Source: Desulfobacteraceae bacterium (GTDB lineage Bacteria; Desulfobacterota; Desulfobacteria; Desulfobacterales; SKZT01). From it: 64,000 nucleotides of DNA. The stretch spans positions 83,007 through 147,006 of the forward strand of contig JAABTQ010000004.1 in the NCBI GenBank assembly GCA_011389745.1, written 5' to 3'. Positions 39,860 to 49,364 of the stretch are shown here, piece by piece. The notes beneath the pieces were generated by a model. That model had not been told where the DNA came from. It saw only the letters and a program-made list of their open reading frames with translations, and did not search any database. A program made the position numbers and the translations under genes. Each line of letters opens with the position of its first letter. The stretch's first letter is position 1.

Positions 39860-41126
39860 GCTCTGCCTCCGCTAATCTTATCCGATCAAGTTCATATTTC
39901 GCCAATCTTATGTATTGAAAGATCGGAATTTTGGCTACACAGACAAAACTGCAAAGACCACATTCAATGCAGGAGTTCAAATCGTAATTATTTTCCGCTT
40001 CCTCATAATGACCGGGTTCCAGAAGCCGGACAATCATGTTGACCTGCATCCGTGCAGGGCAGATTCTGACACATTCTCCGCAATTAACACAGGGATATTC
40101 CGACGACAAAGGAACATTATCCTTATCCTGTATCATGATCGCATTGGTGTCGGACAGTATCGGATGATCTTCGGAATAAATCGCGGAACCGGTTAACGGG
40201 CCGCCGAATATCACCTGGTCTTTATCATTGATTGTAATATCACAAGCTTTAAACACCTCACTGACAGGAGTACCGATCCTGACCGAAACGAGCGTGGTGC
40301 TTCCATCTTTTCTGATAAGTGTCAGTATTTTATCCGTCGGAATTTTGCCTGTATCCATTGCGGTGCCTATTGATGCTACCGCCTCCGCCGATATAAAGCA
40401 GTATCCCAAATTTTCCGGTTTTTTGCCGGCCGGCACAACTTGCCCAAACAGATTTTTGATAATCATTTTGGGTTGTGCCATTGGATACTGACTGCCGACA
40501 ACCTTAACCTCGATACCGGCTGCCAAGGCCATCGCCGCAAGTCTTTCGGGCGCCACCAACACAATCGAATTTATACCGGTAAACTTACCAACAGCCGCAA
40601 TACCTGATTTGAGCGCCTTTAATCGGGATTGTACAACATACTGGTTTGTCGTGACCGCTATGTCTTCATCCATGCCATTGACAATTATCGTATGGATATC
40701 AACATCGGGATGCTTGAAATTTTTCAGCGGAGGACTTCCCGGTACAGCCGATAAGTACCTGATAGCACTCTCCAATGAAATTTCTTTGGCAATGTCGGAA
40801 AACTGCTCATCATACTCCTCATCCTTTGCCACATCCATTGTAATTGCAGTGAAGTTTCGGCCAAAATCCCCTGCCCAACCGGATAAGTCAGATACGGTAC
40901 CGGTAACCGGGGAAGTTGCATAAATATCTTTGGCCGTAGTAACCAATTGCCCGGTTTTCAGCAGATCCCCTTTTTTCAGGTCTCCATTGCCTCTATCCAA
41001 AGGGCTTTCCAGCAATAATTTTATCTGGCTGGGTTTGGAAACCTCTATCAGAGCGGGATCTAAATCTGTGAGGACAGTATAATCAATCCGGGGCTTAACC
41101 AGACCAATGAAAGATTTTTTAATCAT
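39852..41126 (-). CDS. rnfC: RnfC-like subunit retaining two [4Fe-4S] motifs but lacking recognisable NADH/FMN motifs
   Basis: N-terminal barrel (GDLLKTGQLV...SPVTGTVSDL) and C-terminal CVNCGECVRICP plus CIECGLCSFVC. Where GGAGFPT and NGAECEPY are expected, it reads LSAVPGSPPLKNF and NGMDEDIAVTT. Confidence 0.8.
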   Translation of the reverse strand: MIKKSFIGLVKPRIDYTVLTDLDPALIEVSKPSQIKLLLESPLDRGNGDLKKGDLLKTGQLVTTAKDIYATSPVTGTVSDLSGWAGDFGRNFTAITMDVAKDEEYDEQFSDIAKEISLESAIRYLSAVPGSPPLKNFKHPDVDIHTIIVNGMDEDIAVTTNQYVVQSRLKALKSGIAAVGKFTGINSIVLVAPERLAAMALAAGIEVKVVGSQYPMAQPKMIIKNLFGQVVPAGKKPENLGYCFISAEAVASIGTAMDTGKIPTDKILTLIRKDGSTTLVSVRIGTPVSEVFKACDITINDKDQVIFGGPLTGSAIYSEDHPILSDTNAIMIQDKDNVPLSSEYPCVNCGECVRICPARMQVNMIVRLLEPGHYEEAENNYDLNSCIECGLCSFVCVAKIPIFQYIRLAKYELDRIRLAEAEHV

Positions 41127-41189
41127 AGCCTAACCTTTTTGTTGTTTCGCCGAATCAGGTTAAAAGTCTTAAAATCTGAAGTCCAACGG

Positions 41190-41684
41190 CTATTTCAGAT
41201 GGCATCCATTACATTCCTGAGGACCGGCTTCGTTTTCCGTATGGCATCCGATGCACTGTCCATGAAATGCATCCGTCTGCATCATTGCCGACATTTCATC
41301 AACGTTATCGTGACAATCGTAGCAACTCTCTGCCGCGTAATAGCGCATGCCATCTTTAGTCTCGACTTCGAGCCCTTCATGATCTTCAACCTCGTGGCAG
41401 CTCAGGCAGGATTCTGCAAATCCTCCCTCCACATTTATGTGACACTCTCCACAAGATGATGTTTCTCCACCATGATGGTGGCAGCTATAGCAATCTATGC
41501 TATAACCGGCTTCCAACATGTGGGTTTTGTGAGTAAACAAAACATTTCCCGCTACACCTTCATAAACAATCCTTAAGGGCTCATCAGGTGTCTTAGCGGA
41601 AAAAGCCGTAAAGCTTATCACACCCACAAGGAACAAAACGATTGCCACTCCATAGGCCATCTGTAGTTCTTTTTTTGAAGTCAT
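41190..41684 (-). CDS. Membrane-anchored hexaheme cytochrome c
   Basis: N-terminal hydrophobic anchor and six CxxCH motifs: CYSCH, CGECH, CLSCH, CYDCH, CIGCH, CNGCH. It lies 63 nt upstream of rnfC on the same strand. Confidence 0.85.
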   Translation of the reverse strand: MTSKKELQMAYGVAIVLFLVGVISFTAFSAKTPDEPLRIVYEGVAGNVLFTHKTHMLEAGYSIDCYSCHHHGGETSSCGECHINVEGGFAESCLSCHEVEDHEGLEVETKDGMRYYAAESCYDCHDNVDEMSAMMQTDAFHGQCIGCHTENEAGPQECNGCHLK

Positions 41685-41924
41685 TTTTAACGAATTCCTT
41701 TCAGTAGACGATCATTAAAAAAGTGGGCGCTCCAAAAATTAAAGGTGTGACTTAGCATAACGGTTTATTGCATGCAAGTTTTTTTTTAGGATTGTTTGAG
41801 GACTTTTTTTATCAAGTTTACTGAAATTGTTTAAAATTATGTAAGTTACAGGAATTTGTGTATCCTGACGGAAAGATTGAAAGATAAAAACAATTTTTCC
41901 CAAAAAGGTCCCGTTGAAAAAAAA

Positions 41925-43592
41925 TTACTTTTTTTTACAAGCACCGCATATAGTGCAGGATCCTTTAATCGGACAGGGAGGAGATGTTTTTTCATTCAAG
42001 GCCTGATGATATTCTTTTAACAGAAAAGATTTGTCTATACCATGGTCAATAAAATCCCAGGGGAATATTTCATCTTCAAAACGTTTTCTAAGTACATAAA
42101 AATCAGGATTTAAGGTGGATTCCTTGAAGGTTTTAGGCCAATTTTCCTGATTTTTCACCGATTGCACAATCAGCGTTGAAACTTTTCGATCAGCTCTGGA
42201 AAAAAGCCCCTGCAAAGACGCCCATTTGGGCATGTCTGCATGAACCCTGACATTAGGAACTTTCCTGAGTCCGTCTTTCACCATTTTAATTTTTTTCTTC
42301 AGTGTTGAAATGTCATCCATGGCTGCCCACTGAAATGGTGTTAACGGTTTGGGCACAAAAGAATTTACGCTGACCGTGATTTCTCCGATACGCTTTTGGG
42401 GCCTGCTAAATTTGAGAAAGGCATGCTTGATTTTTTTGCACATAGTCACGATGGCCTGAACATCCTCTGTTGTTTCAGTCGGAAGCCCTACCATAAAATA
42501 TAGTTTCAGGTTTGGGATTCCCGCGGCCACGAGAGTTTCAACACCGGAAAGAATATGGTCAGAAGTGATACCCTTGTTAATAACATTTAACATTCTCTCT
42601 GAGCCGGCATCAGGAGCAATTGTTGCTGTTTTTATACTGCTTTTTTTAAGAACATGAACAAGCTCACCGGAAAGTGAATCGGCCCTGAGAGAACTGAATG
42701 AGAGCTGCAGATTTTTCTCATGTGCCAGAGCGCACAACCTTTCGATGTCGGGATGATCAGAAACCGCGGCTCCCATAAGTCCGACCTGATTTGTAATGCA
42801 GGCCCCTGTTGTTATATTTTCGGCCAACAGACTCAATGGCCTGAAACGGGGAGGCCGATATATAAACCCTGCACTGCAAAAGCGGCACCCATGGGCACAT
42901 CCTCTGGACACTTCTATGAGAAAGGTGTCTGCGAATGTTGTGTCGTCGGTTAATAGTGTACTGGTAGTGGAAAAATCAGAGAGGTCTTTGATGCGAATTT
43001 TCGGAATTGTTTCCGGAACATCCTCTATGGATTCAAAAGCCGAAAGCGTGCCATTGTCATGATAGCTTACCTTATAAAATGACGGAACATAAATTCCCGG
43101 CACACTGCGGGCAATTTTAACCATGCGATCATGTCGATTCTCTGCCGGATCATATAATTTGAAAAATTCATCCAGCATTCCCTCGGACTCACCCAGAAAG
43201 AAAAGATCGAAAAAGGGGGCGATAGGCTCAGGATTTGAAAAACATGCTACACCGCCCCCGACAATGAGAGGATGGTTATCGGACCTGTGGTCCGATAACC
43301 AGGGAATCCCGCAAGAACGCAGAATATTCAGAATGTTAGGAAAATCATTTTCAAAAGATACGGAAAAAGCGACGATATCAAAATCTTTAAAGGCACTTCC
43401 CGACTCTATTGACACATGGCCTTTGGATCCACGGTGATCCTCAGCTAAAAACGCCCTTTCGCACACCACATGATCTATCCTGTTGAGTTGTGCATAAACC
43501 GTTTGGAATCCCAGATTGCTCATGCCCAATTGATAAAGATTGGGATAAACCAGGCAAACCGAAATTCGATTTTTCCAAACCTTTCTAACCAC
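41925..43592 (-). CDS. B12-binding-domain radical SAM protein (TIGR03960-like)
   Basis: SRGCAHGCRFCSAG (CxxxCxxC) after an N-terminal B12-binding-like region (VCLVYPNLYQLGMSNLGFQ). GTG start lies 31 nt after the ftsZ stop. Confidence 0.8.
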   Translation of the reverse strand: MVRKVWKNRISVCLVYPNLYQLGMSNLGFQTVYAQLNRIDHVVCERAFLAEDHRGSKGHVSIESGSAFKDFDIVAFSVSFENDFPNILNILRSCGIPWLSDHRSDNHPLIVGGGVACFSNPEPIAPFFDLFFLGESEGMLDEFFKLYDPAENRHDRMVKIARSVPGIYVPSFYKVSYHDNGTLSAFESIEDVPETIPKIRIKDLSDFSTTSTLLTDDTTFADTFLIEVSRGCAHGCRFCSAGFIYRPPRFRPLSLLAENITTGACITNQVGLMGAAVSDHPDIERLCALAHEKNLQLSFSSLRADSLSGELVHVLKKSSIKTATIAPDAGSERMLNVINKGITSDHILSGVETLVAAGIPNLKLYFMVGLPTETTEDVQAIVTMCKKIKHAFLKFSRPQKRIGEITVSVNSFVPKPLTPFQWAAMDDISTLKKKIKMVKDGLRKVPNVRVHADMPKWASLQGLFSRADRKVSTLIVQSVKNQENWPKTFKESTLNPDFYVLRKRFEDEIFPWDFIDHGIDKSFLLKEYHQALNEKTSPPCPIKGSCTICGACKKK

Positions 43593-43623
43593 ACCGGTTT
43601 CGGAAAGGATATGATTTCTAATC

Positions 43624-44859
43624 TTAGTCAGCTCTTCTTCTCAAAAATGTCGGTATATCCAGGTCGCTATTGTCGATCACGAGCCCTTTATAATTTTTAT
43701 AGGGTGAAGTTTCTGAACCATCAGCAGGTCTTTGATTTCGGACAAATGTCGGAACATCATAGTTGACGGCTCTTTCCAAATCTGCGGGGGTAAGATCACG
43801 AACCTTACCCCTTATTTTTCTGTCCCGGAATCTTTCGGGCATGGCGGAGTCGGCATCCGTGCCGATGCCCGTGGCGATAACCGTCACACGAATTTCATCA
43901 CCCATTGTATCATCTACAGCTGTACCCCATATGATATCCGCATCTTCACCAACTTCACGGTAAATACGGTCTGAAGCCTGAGTCATTTCTTCCATTGTCA
44001 ATGAACTTGTTGAGGTAATATTCATCAATACACCTTTGGCTCCGGCAACGGATATGTCTTCAAGAAGCGGGTGTGAAATAGCACGTTCAGCAGCCTCGAC
44101 AGCCCTGTTTTCTCCGGATGCCACACCAATTCCCATAAGAGCCAGGCCGGCTTTTGACATGGTCTCCTTGACATCGGCAAAGTCCAGGTTAATCAATCCG
44201 GGAAGCATAATCAAATCAGTGATTCCCTTAACCGAGTGAAGCAAAATTTCATCAGCTTTCCTAAACATGGCCAACATGGTGGAGTCTTTTTCTGAAATTC
44301 CGCGAAGCCGGTCATTTGGAATTGTTATGACGGTATCTGCAACTTCCTTAAGAGCATAGATACCCTCTTCGGCCTGGTGTGCCCTTTTTTTCCCTTCAAA
44401 GGTAAAAGGCTTAGTTATAACCGCTACGGTTAAAATTTTGAGTTCTCTGCAGATTTCTGCAATAACAGGTGCAGCGCCCGTACCTGTACCACCTCCGAAA
44501 CCCGCTGTGATAAAAACCATATGGCTCCCTGACAAAGCATTTCTTATGGCTTCCTCATTTTCCATAGCCGACTCACGGCCTTTAGCCGGATTATTGCCGG
44601 CACCCAGTCCCTCGGTCAGCTTTTCACCCAGCTGAATCTTTAACGGTGCTCTGGACTTGTGCAGTGCCTGGGCATCCGTATTTGCCGCGATAAAATCAAC
44701 GCCTCTCAAGTCACCATCGATCATGTTGTCAATGGCATTACCGCCACCTCCTCCTACCCCGATCACCTTGATTCTGGCCATCGTATCCCTTTGCCTCGTC
44801 TGAGCACCAACATACGTAAAAGATGACATTTCCCCCCCTCCATTGTCTTTGATTGTCAT
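43624..44859 (-). CDS. ftsZ: Cell division GTPase FtsZ
   Basis: IKVIGVGGGGGNAIDNM, GGGTGTGAAPVIAE, C-terminal DIPTFLRR. Two strong RBS/ATG options (44859 and the in-frame MSSF start). Confidence 0.95.
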   Translation of the reverse strand: MTIKDNGGGEMSSFTYVGAQTRQRDTMARIKVIGVGGGGGNAIDNMIDGDLRGVDFIAANTDAQALHKSRAPLKIQLGEKLTEGLGAGNNPAKGRESAMENEEAIRNALSGSHMVFITAGFGGGTGTGAAPVIAEICRELKILTVAVITKPFTFEGKKRAHQAEEGIYALKEVADTVITIPNDRLRGISEKDSTMLAMFRKADEILLHSVKGITDLIMLPGLINLDFADVKETMSKAGLALMGIGVASGENRAVEAAERAISHPLLEDISVAGAKGVLMNITSTSSLTMEEMTQASDRIYREVGEDADIIWGTAVDDTMGDEIRVTVIATGIGTDADSAMPERFRDRKIRGKVRDLTPADLERAVNYDVPTFVRNQRPADGSETSPYKNYKGLVIDNSDLDIPTFLRRRAD

Positions 44860-44911
44860 AGCTTTGCCTCCTCCATTTTTTACATCCCATTGTTTATTGT
44901 CTCTTTACCAT

Positions 44912-46138
44912 TCAAATAATTTCCCTGAACCATTTTTTCATCCTTGCCACCAACCTGGCGAAAATGTTTGCATCCCGAATTCTAAATTTTTGAGGATTAT
45001 GATTCTTGGCGCCATACAGGAGCAACCCAACACCCGTGGCGTACATGGGATTGTTAACCACATCCACCAGCCCACTGATTCCTCTCGGCTGCCCCAGCCT
45101 TGCCGGAAGATGAAAAACCGACTCTGCAACATCGGTAATTCCATCCAAAAGAGCAGAACCTCCTGTGATAACAATACCCGATGGTATGAGATTTTCCACT
45201 CCTGCCCGATATAATTCTCTTCTTATCAAAGCAAAAATCTCTTCAACTCTAGGCTCCATGATTTCTCCCAGAATTTGTCTCGGCAGCTTACGTGGCGGCC
45301 TTCCACCCATACCCGGAACCTCGATGTTTTCATTACCTTTAATTTTGGCGGCCAGGGCGGTACCATATTTTATTTTGATTTTTTCAGCCTCCGCAAGAGG
45401 TGCTCGAAGTCCGATAGCAATATCGTTGGTTAAATTATACCCCCCAAGTGATAATACAAATGTATGATGGATATTTTTACCGGAGAATATCGCCAGATCA
45501 CTGGTGCCTCCCCCCATATCAATCAGGGCCGTACCTAATTCTTTTTCTTCTTCTGTAAGCACGGCATCACCGGATGCCAATGATTCCAACACAATGTCAC
45601 AAACATCAAGACCAGCGCGGTTAGCACATTTTACGATATTATGAGCCGAAGTTACCGCTCCGGTTACTATGTGAATTTTAGCTTCCAGGCGAACACCCGC
45701 CATACCAATGGGATTGTTAATACCCGCTTGTTCATCCACTATGTACTCCTGAGGTAAAACATGAATCAACTCCCGGTCCATGGGAATTGCCACAGCACGT
45801 GCAGCCTCTATAACACGATCTACATCATGTTGCGTCACTTCATGCCCTTTAATGGCAATAATCCCGTGGCTGTTAAAACCTGTGATGTGGCCACCGGCTA
45901 TTCCGGCATAGACCGAAGAGATTTCGCATCCGGCCATCAACTCAGCTTCTTCCACAGCTCTTTTGATGGAATCCACTGTCGCTTCAATATTGACGACCAC
46001 ACCTTTTCTCAGACCTATTGACGGATGAGTTCCGATACCAATAATATTGATATCACTTGGATTGACTTCGCCTACAACCGCACAGATTTTTGTGGTACCT
46101 ATGTCGAGACCCACGATGATATTATCCTGTCCCTTCAA
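44912..46138 (-). CDS. ftsA: Cell division protein FtsA
   Basis: Actin-like ATPase: IVGLDIGTTKICAVVGE, DMGGGTSDLAIF. Confidence 0.95.
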   Translation of the reverse strand: MKGQDNIIVGLDIGTTKICAVVGEVNPSDINIIGIGTHPSIGLRKGVVVNIEATVDSIKRAVEEAELMAGCEISSVYAGIAGGHITGFNSHGIIAIKGHEVTQHDVDRVIEAARAVAIPMDRELIHVLPQEYIVDEQAGINNPIGMAGVRLEAKIHIVTGAVTSAHNIVKCANRAGLDVCDIVLESLASGDAVLTEEEKELGTALIDMGGGTSDLAIFSGKNIHHTFVLSLGGYNLTNDIAIGLRAPLAEAEKIKIKYGTALAAKIKGNENIEVPGMGGRPPRKLPRQILGEIMEPRVEEIFALIRRELYRAGVENLIPSGIVITGGSALLDGITDVAESVFHLPARLGQPRGISGLVDVVNNPMYATGVGLLLYGAKNHNPQKFRIRDANIFARLVARMKKWFREII

Positions 46139-46140
46139 CT

Positions 46141-46998
46141 TTACGCCTCCCCTTTTTGATTGGCTTCAAGCTCGTTTTTAACCGGGTAAACCACGATGCG
46201 ATCGGGGTTTATTAAGTCTATAAATTGATAATCATTAAAAGTATCTTGATCCTTCAGTTGAAAAATAACTTTTTTAAGCTGCCCATATTTTTCCGAATAA
46301 TTTTCAAATCCAAGCTTGATAATTTTTTCCTGGTCTGTTGTGTACAGTGAAAGACCAATTTGACGATCCACATCGATACGTTGGATCAAATGGTTCGGAA
46401 TAACACTGTCCGATACCTCTCCAAGTCTAAACACCTCCATTACTGATACAAACCTGATACTCCCGGTATCCCGGGTTGTCCGGATGTCCGAATATGAAAG
46501 CCCTGAAATGATCGGTAAAATTTCTGAATCGTCAGGTTCCAGCTTTTTAAAAATCAATCCGTTAGTATTTAAAATAAATTTATCTCCCAGGTCCAGAACG
46601 GCCAGAGGTTTATGCTCAGTTATCCTGATGAATAGAGTATTAGGAAATTCACGTCCGACACGAGCCTGCTCTATCCATGGATGCCCCAGCAGTTTGTTCC
46701 TTGCAATAAATAAATTTAAAGATAATATGTTCATATTGTCTTTAATATCGGCCTGTTCTTTGACTTGTTTTTCCGAAAGCCGCTCTGTTCCTTCAATGAT
46801 GATACGTTCACATTCAAAATAGCTACACTGAGTCATCAGGTCATGACCAAAAATAAAAAGGGCACTCATTGCAGGCACTGAAACAATACAGAAAATTATT
46901 TTAAAAAACAATATAGCCCCACGAATCCTATTAGCTCTCAAAACTTCCGGCTTTTCTTTTCGCTGGTTTTTCCTGACCTTTTTGTTACGTACCTTCAA
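46141..46998 (-). CDS. ftsQ: Cell division protein FtsQ
   Basis: Basic N-terminus, a single TM, a POTRA-like region, and the position between murB and ftsA. Confidence 0.8.
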   Translation of the reverse strand: MKVRNKKVRKNQRKEKPEVLRANRIRGAILFFKIIFCIVSVPAMSALFIFGHDLMTQCSYFECERIIIEGTERLSEKQVKEQADIKDNMNILSLNLFIARNKLLGHPWIEQARVGREFPNTLFIRITEHKPLAVLDLGDKFILNTNGLIFKKLEPDDSEILPIISGLSYSDIRTTRDTGSIRFVSVMEVFRLGEVSDSVIPNHLIQRIDVDRQIGLSLYTTDQEKIIKLGFENYSEKYGQLKKVIFQLKDQDTFNDYQFIDLINPDRIVVYPVKNELEANQKGEA

Positions 46999-47939
46999 TC
47001 TCCAATAATCCTCACTTCCGGCTCCAAAATGATATTAAATTTTTTCCAGATCGTTTCCTGAATCATTTTCATTAAAACAAGAATGTCGGCAGCTGAGGCA
47101 TTTTTGCGGTTAACAATGAAGTTGGCATGCCTGGAAGATATTTCCGCCCCTCCAAATGATTTACCTTTCAGTCCGGCAAGATCAATCAACTGACCTGCTG
47201 ATTTTTCCGAATCGGGATTTTTAAAAAAACATCCTGCACTCGGAAGCCAACTCGGCTGCCTCTCTTTTCGCCACATTACGATTTTGCGAGCTTCCTTTCT
47301 GATTTTTTCCGGATCATCCGGGATCAATGCACAAGAACCGCTTACAATAACAGGTGCCGAAGCCGTAATGCCTGACAGATCGTTTTCCCATAATAGTTGC
47401 CGGTATGAAAACCGAAGTTTTTCCTTGGTAATGTTTCTGATCTCACCATCGGGCAAAATAACCTTTACCTTATTTAAAATATCTCCGATGCTACCCAGCC
47501 AGGTACCCGCATTTGTAACAATTCCTCCCCCGACAGTTCCGGGAATGCCAAGGGCAAAATTCACCCCTGAAAGACCTTTTTTTATTGCAAACCGACAAAG
47601 CCGGCTCAGGGGGGCCCCAGCCATAACATTGATAATACCATCTTCGGAACACTTTATGATGTGGTTGAACCTCTCTCTTAGCACAATTATTACCCCACGA
47701 AAACCATTATCTTTTACCAACAAATTGGTACCGTGGCCAATGATGAAATATTTCAAATTTCTTTGCCCAAGTTCCCTGATCAACTCTCTCAATACACCGA
47801 GATTCCTTGCAACCACAAAGGCATCAGCCGGACCCCCAACCTGAAAAGATGTGTGACACGACATGGGTTCGTTAAAAAAAACTGAATCTTCCAGAAGAGT
47901 TTGAAGCCATTTTTTTGCATCTTCATTTATTTCGGTCAA
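46995..47939 (-). CDS. murB: UDP-N-acetylenolpyruvoylglucosamine reductase
   Basis: FQVGGPADAFVV FAD-binding start, GHGTNLLV, SAGCFFKNP. Confidence 0.9.
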   Translation of the reverse strand: MTEINEDAKKWLQTLLEDSVFFNEPMSCHTSFQVGGPADAFVVARNLGVLRELIRELGQRNLKYFIIGHGTNLLVKDNGFRGVIIVLRERFNHIIKCSEDGIINVMAGAPLSRLCRFAIKKGLSGVNFALGIPGTVGGGIVTNAGTWLGSIGDILNKVKVILPDGEIRNITKEKLRFSYRQLLWENDLSGITASAPVIVSGSCALIPDDPEKIRKEARKIVMWRKERQPSWLPSAGCFFKNPDSEKSAGQLIDLAGLKGKSFGGAEISSRHANFIVNRKNASAADILVLMKMIQETIWKKFNIILEPEVRIIGD

Positions 47940-49302
47940 GAGTTTTTAGCACCTCCGTCCCAACAAGGTGAACATCTCCTGCTCCCACAGTCAGGAGAAG
48001 ATCCCCTTTTCTCAAATTTTCTTTCAGGTATTTCACCGCACTGTTAAAATCTTCCTTATATATTACCTCACGATGCCCATGAGCCAGGATGGATTCATAA
48101 AGTTTGTAACTGTCGACACCCTCGATTTTTTTCTCACTGGCCGCATAAATAGGCAGCACAATTACAATATCCGATTCATAAAAAGACCGTGTGAACTCCT
48201 CAAAAAGTGCCTTGGTACGTGTATAGCGATGGGGTTGAAAAATTACCACTAAACGCTTTTCCGGCCAGCTCTTTTTAGCCGCCATCAGGGTAGCCTTTAT
48301 CTCTGTAGGATGATGCCCATAATCATCAACCACAGTGATTCCGTTTATCTCTCCTTTTACCTCTAATCGACGTTGAACTCCTTCATGGCTTTCCAGTGCA
48401 CCCTTAATCACATCAAAAGAGATGCCCAGTTCCAATCCCACAGCCACCGCGGCCAATGAATTTGAAACATTATGCATGCCCGGCAGATTCAACAAAACTT
48501 TTCCTAGCTTTTTCCCCATGTGGAAAACTGAAAAAGTACTTTGAAGTCCCTTGAATTCGATATCTCTGGCCTGAAAATCCGCCTGAATGCTCATTCCGAA
48601 GGTGGTAAACCTTTTGCGAATTTCGGGAATAAGTGACTGCACATGTTCATTGTCAAGGCACAATACCGCAAGCCCATAAAATGGGATGCGATGAATAAAA
48701 CTCAAAAAGACATTACGGATATCCGTTAAACCCTGGTAATAATCCAGATGTTCCCGATCGATATTGGTCACCACAGCAATGGTCGGTGACATTTTTAAAA
48801 AAGAGCCATCACTTTCATCGGCTTCGGCAACAATATAGTCTCCTTGTCCCAGAACCGCATTGCAACCAATGCTTTTTAATTTTCCTCCGATAACCACGGT
48901 GGGGTCGAGACCACCTTTTCCAAGCACCGAGGCCACAATGGAAGTTGTCGATGTTTTTCCGTGGGCCCCTGCAATAGCCACGCTATATTTGAGACGCATT
49001 AGTTCCGCAAGCATCTCCGCACGCGGAATAACCGGAATCGACGACCTTCGGGCCATAAATACCTCGGGATTTTCAATGTCTATTGCTGATGATGTGACAA
49101 CAACATCGGCACCCTCAACATTCTTTTCATCATGGCCGATAAAAATCTTTCCACCGAGTTTTTTCAAACGATCTGTTATATCCGAAGCTTTTATATCCGA
49201 ACCGGATACCTGATACCTCAGATTTAAGAGCAGCTCCGCAATGCCGCTCATTCCGATTCCCCCTATGCCGACAAAGTGTATGTGATATTTTTTTAAATAC
49301 AT
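47923..49302 (-). CDS. murC: UDP-N-acetylmuramate--L-alanine ligase
   Basis: HFVGIGGIGMSGIAELL, GAHGKTSTTS, DDYGHHPTE. Confidence 0.95.
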   Translation of the reverse strand: MYLKKYHIHFVGIGGIGMSGIAELLLNLRYQVSGSDIKASDITDRLKKLGGKIFIGHDEKNVEGADVVVTSSAIDIENPEVFMARRSSIPVIPRAEMLAELMRLKYSVAIAGAHGKTSTTSIVASVLGKGGLDPTVVIGGKLKSIGCNAVLGQGDYIVAEADESDGSFLKMSPTIAVVTNIDREHLDYYQGLTDIRNVFLSFIHRIPFYGLAVLCLDNEHVQSLIPEIRKRFTTFGMSIQADFQARDIEFKGLQSTFSVFHMGKKLGKVLLNLPGMHNVSNSLAAVAVGLELGISFDVIKGALESHEGVQRRLEVKGEINGITVVDDYGHHPTEIKATLMAAKKSWPEKRLVVIFQPHRYTRTKALFEEFTRSFYESDIVIVLPIYAASEKKIEGVDSYKLYESILAHGHREVIYKEDFNSAVKYLKENLRKGDLLLTVGAGDVHLVGTEVLKTLDRNK

Positions 49303-49364
49303 ATCCCGCTTACTTTTCCTATTTATTTCAATTGCTTCTTTATCATCAGATCAGACAGCTTGTC

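Noticed and set aside
41685-41924. Possible sigma54 or other special promoter for the cytochrome-rnf operon
   Set aside because: Only a weak sigma70-like TTGCAT-17-TAAGTC and a short hairpin were found. This is not strong enough to annotate.
43624-44859. Unusual N-terminal extension of FtsZ
   Set aside because: Two in-frame ATGs each have strong RBSs. Either gives an N-terminus within the normal range before IKVIGVGGGG, so this is start-site ambiguity rather than a novel domain.
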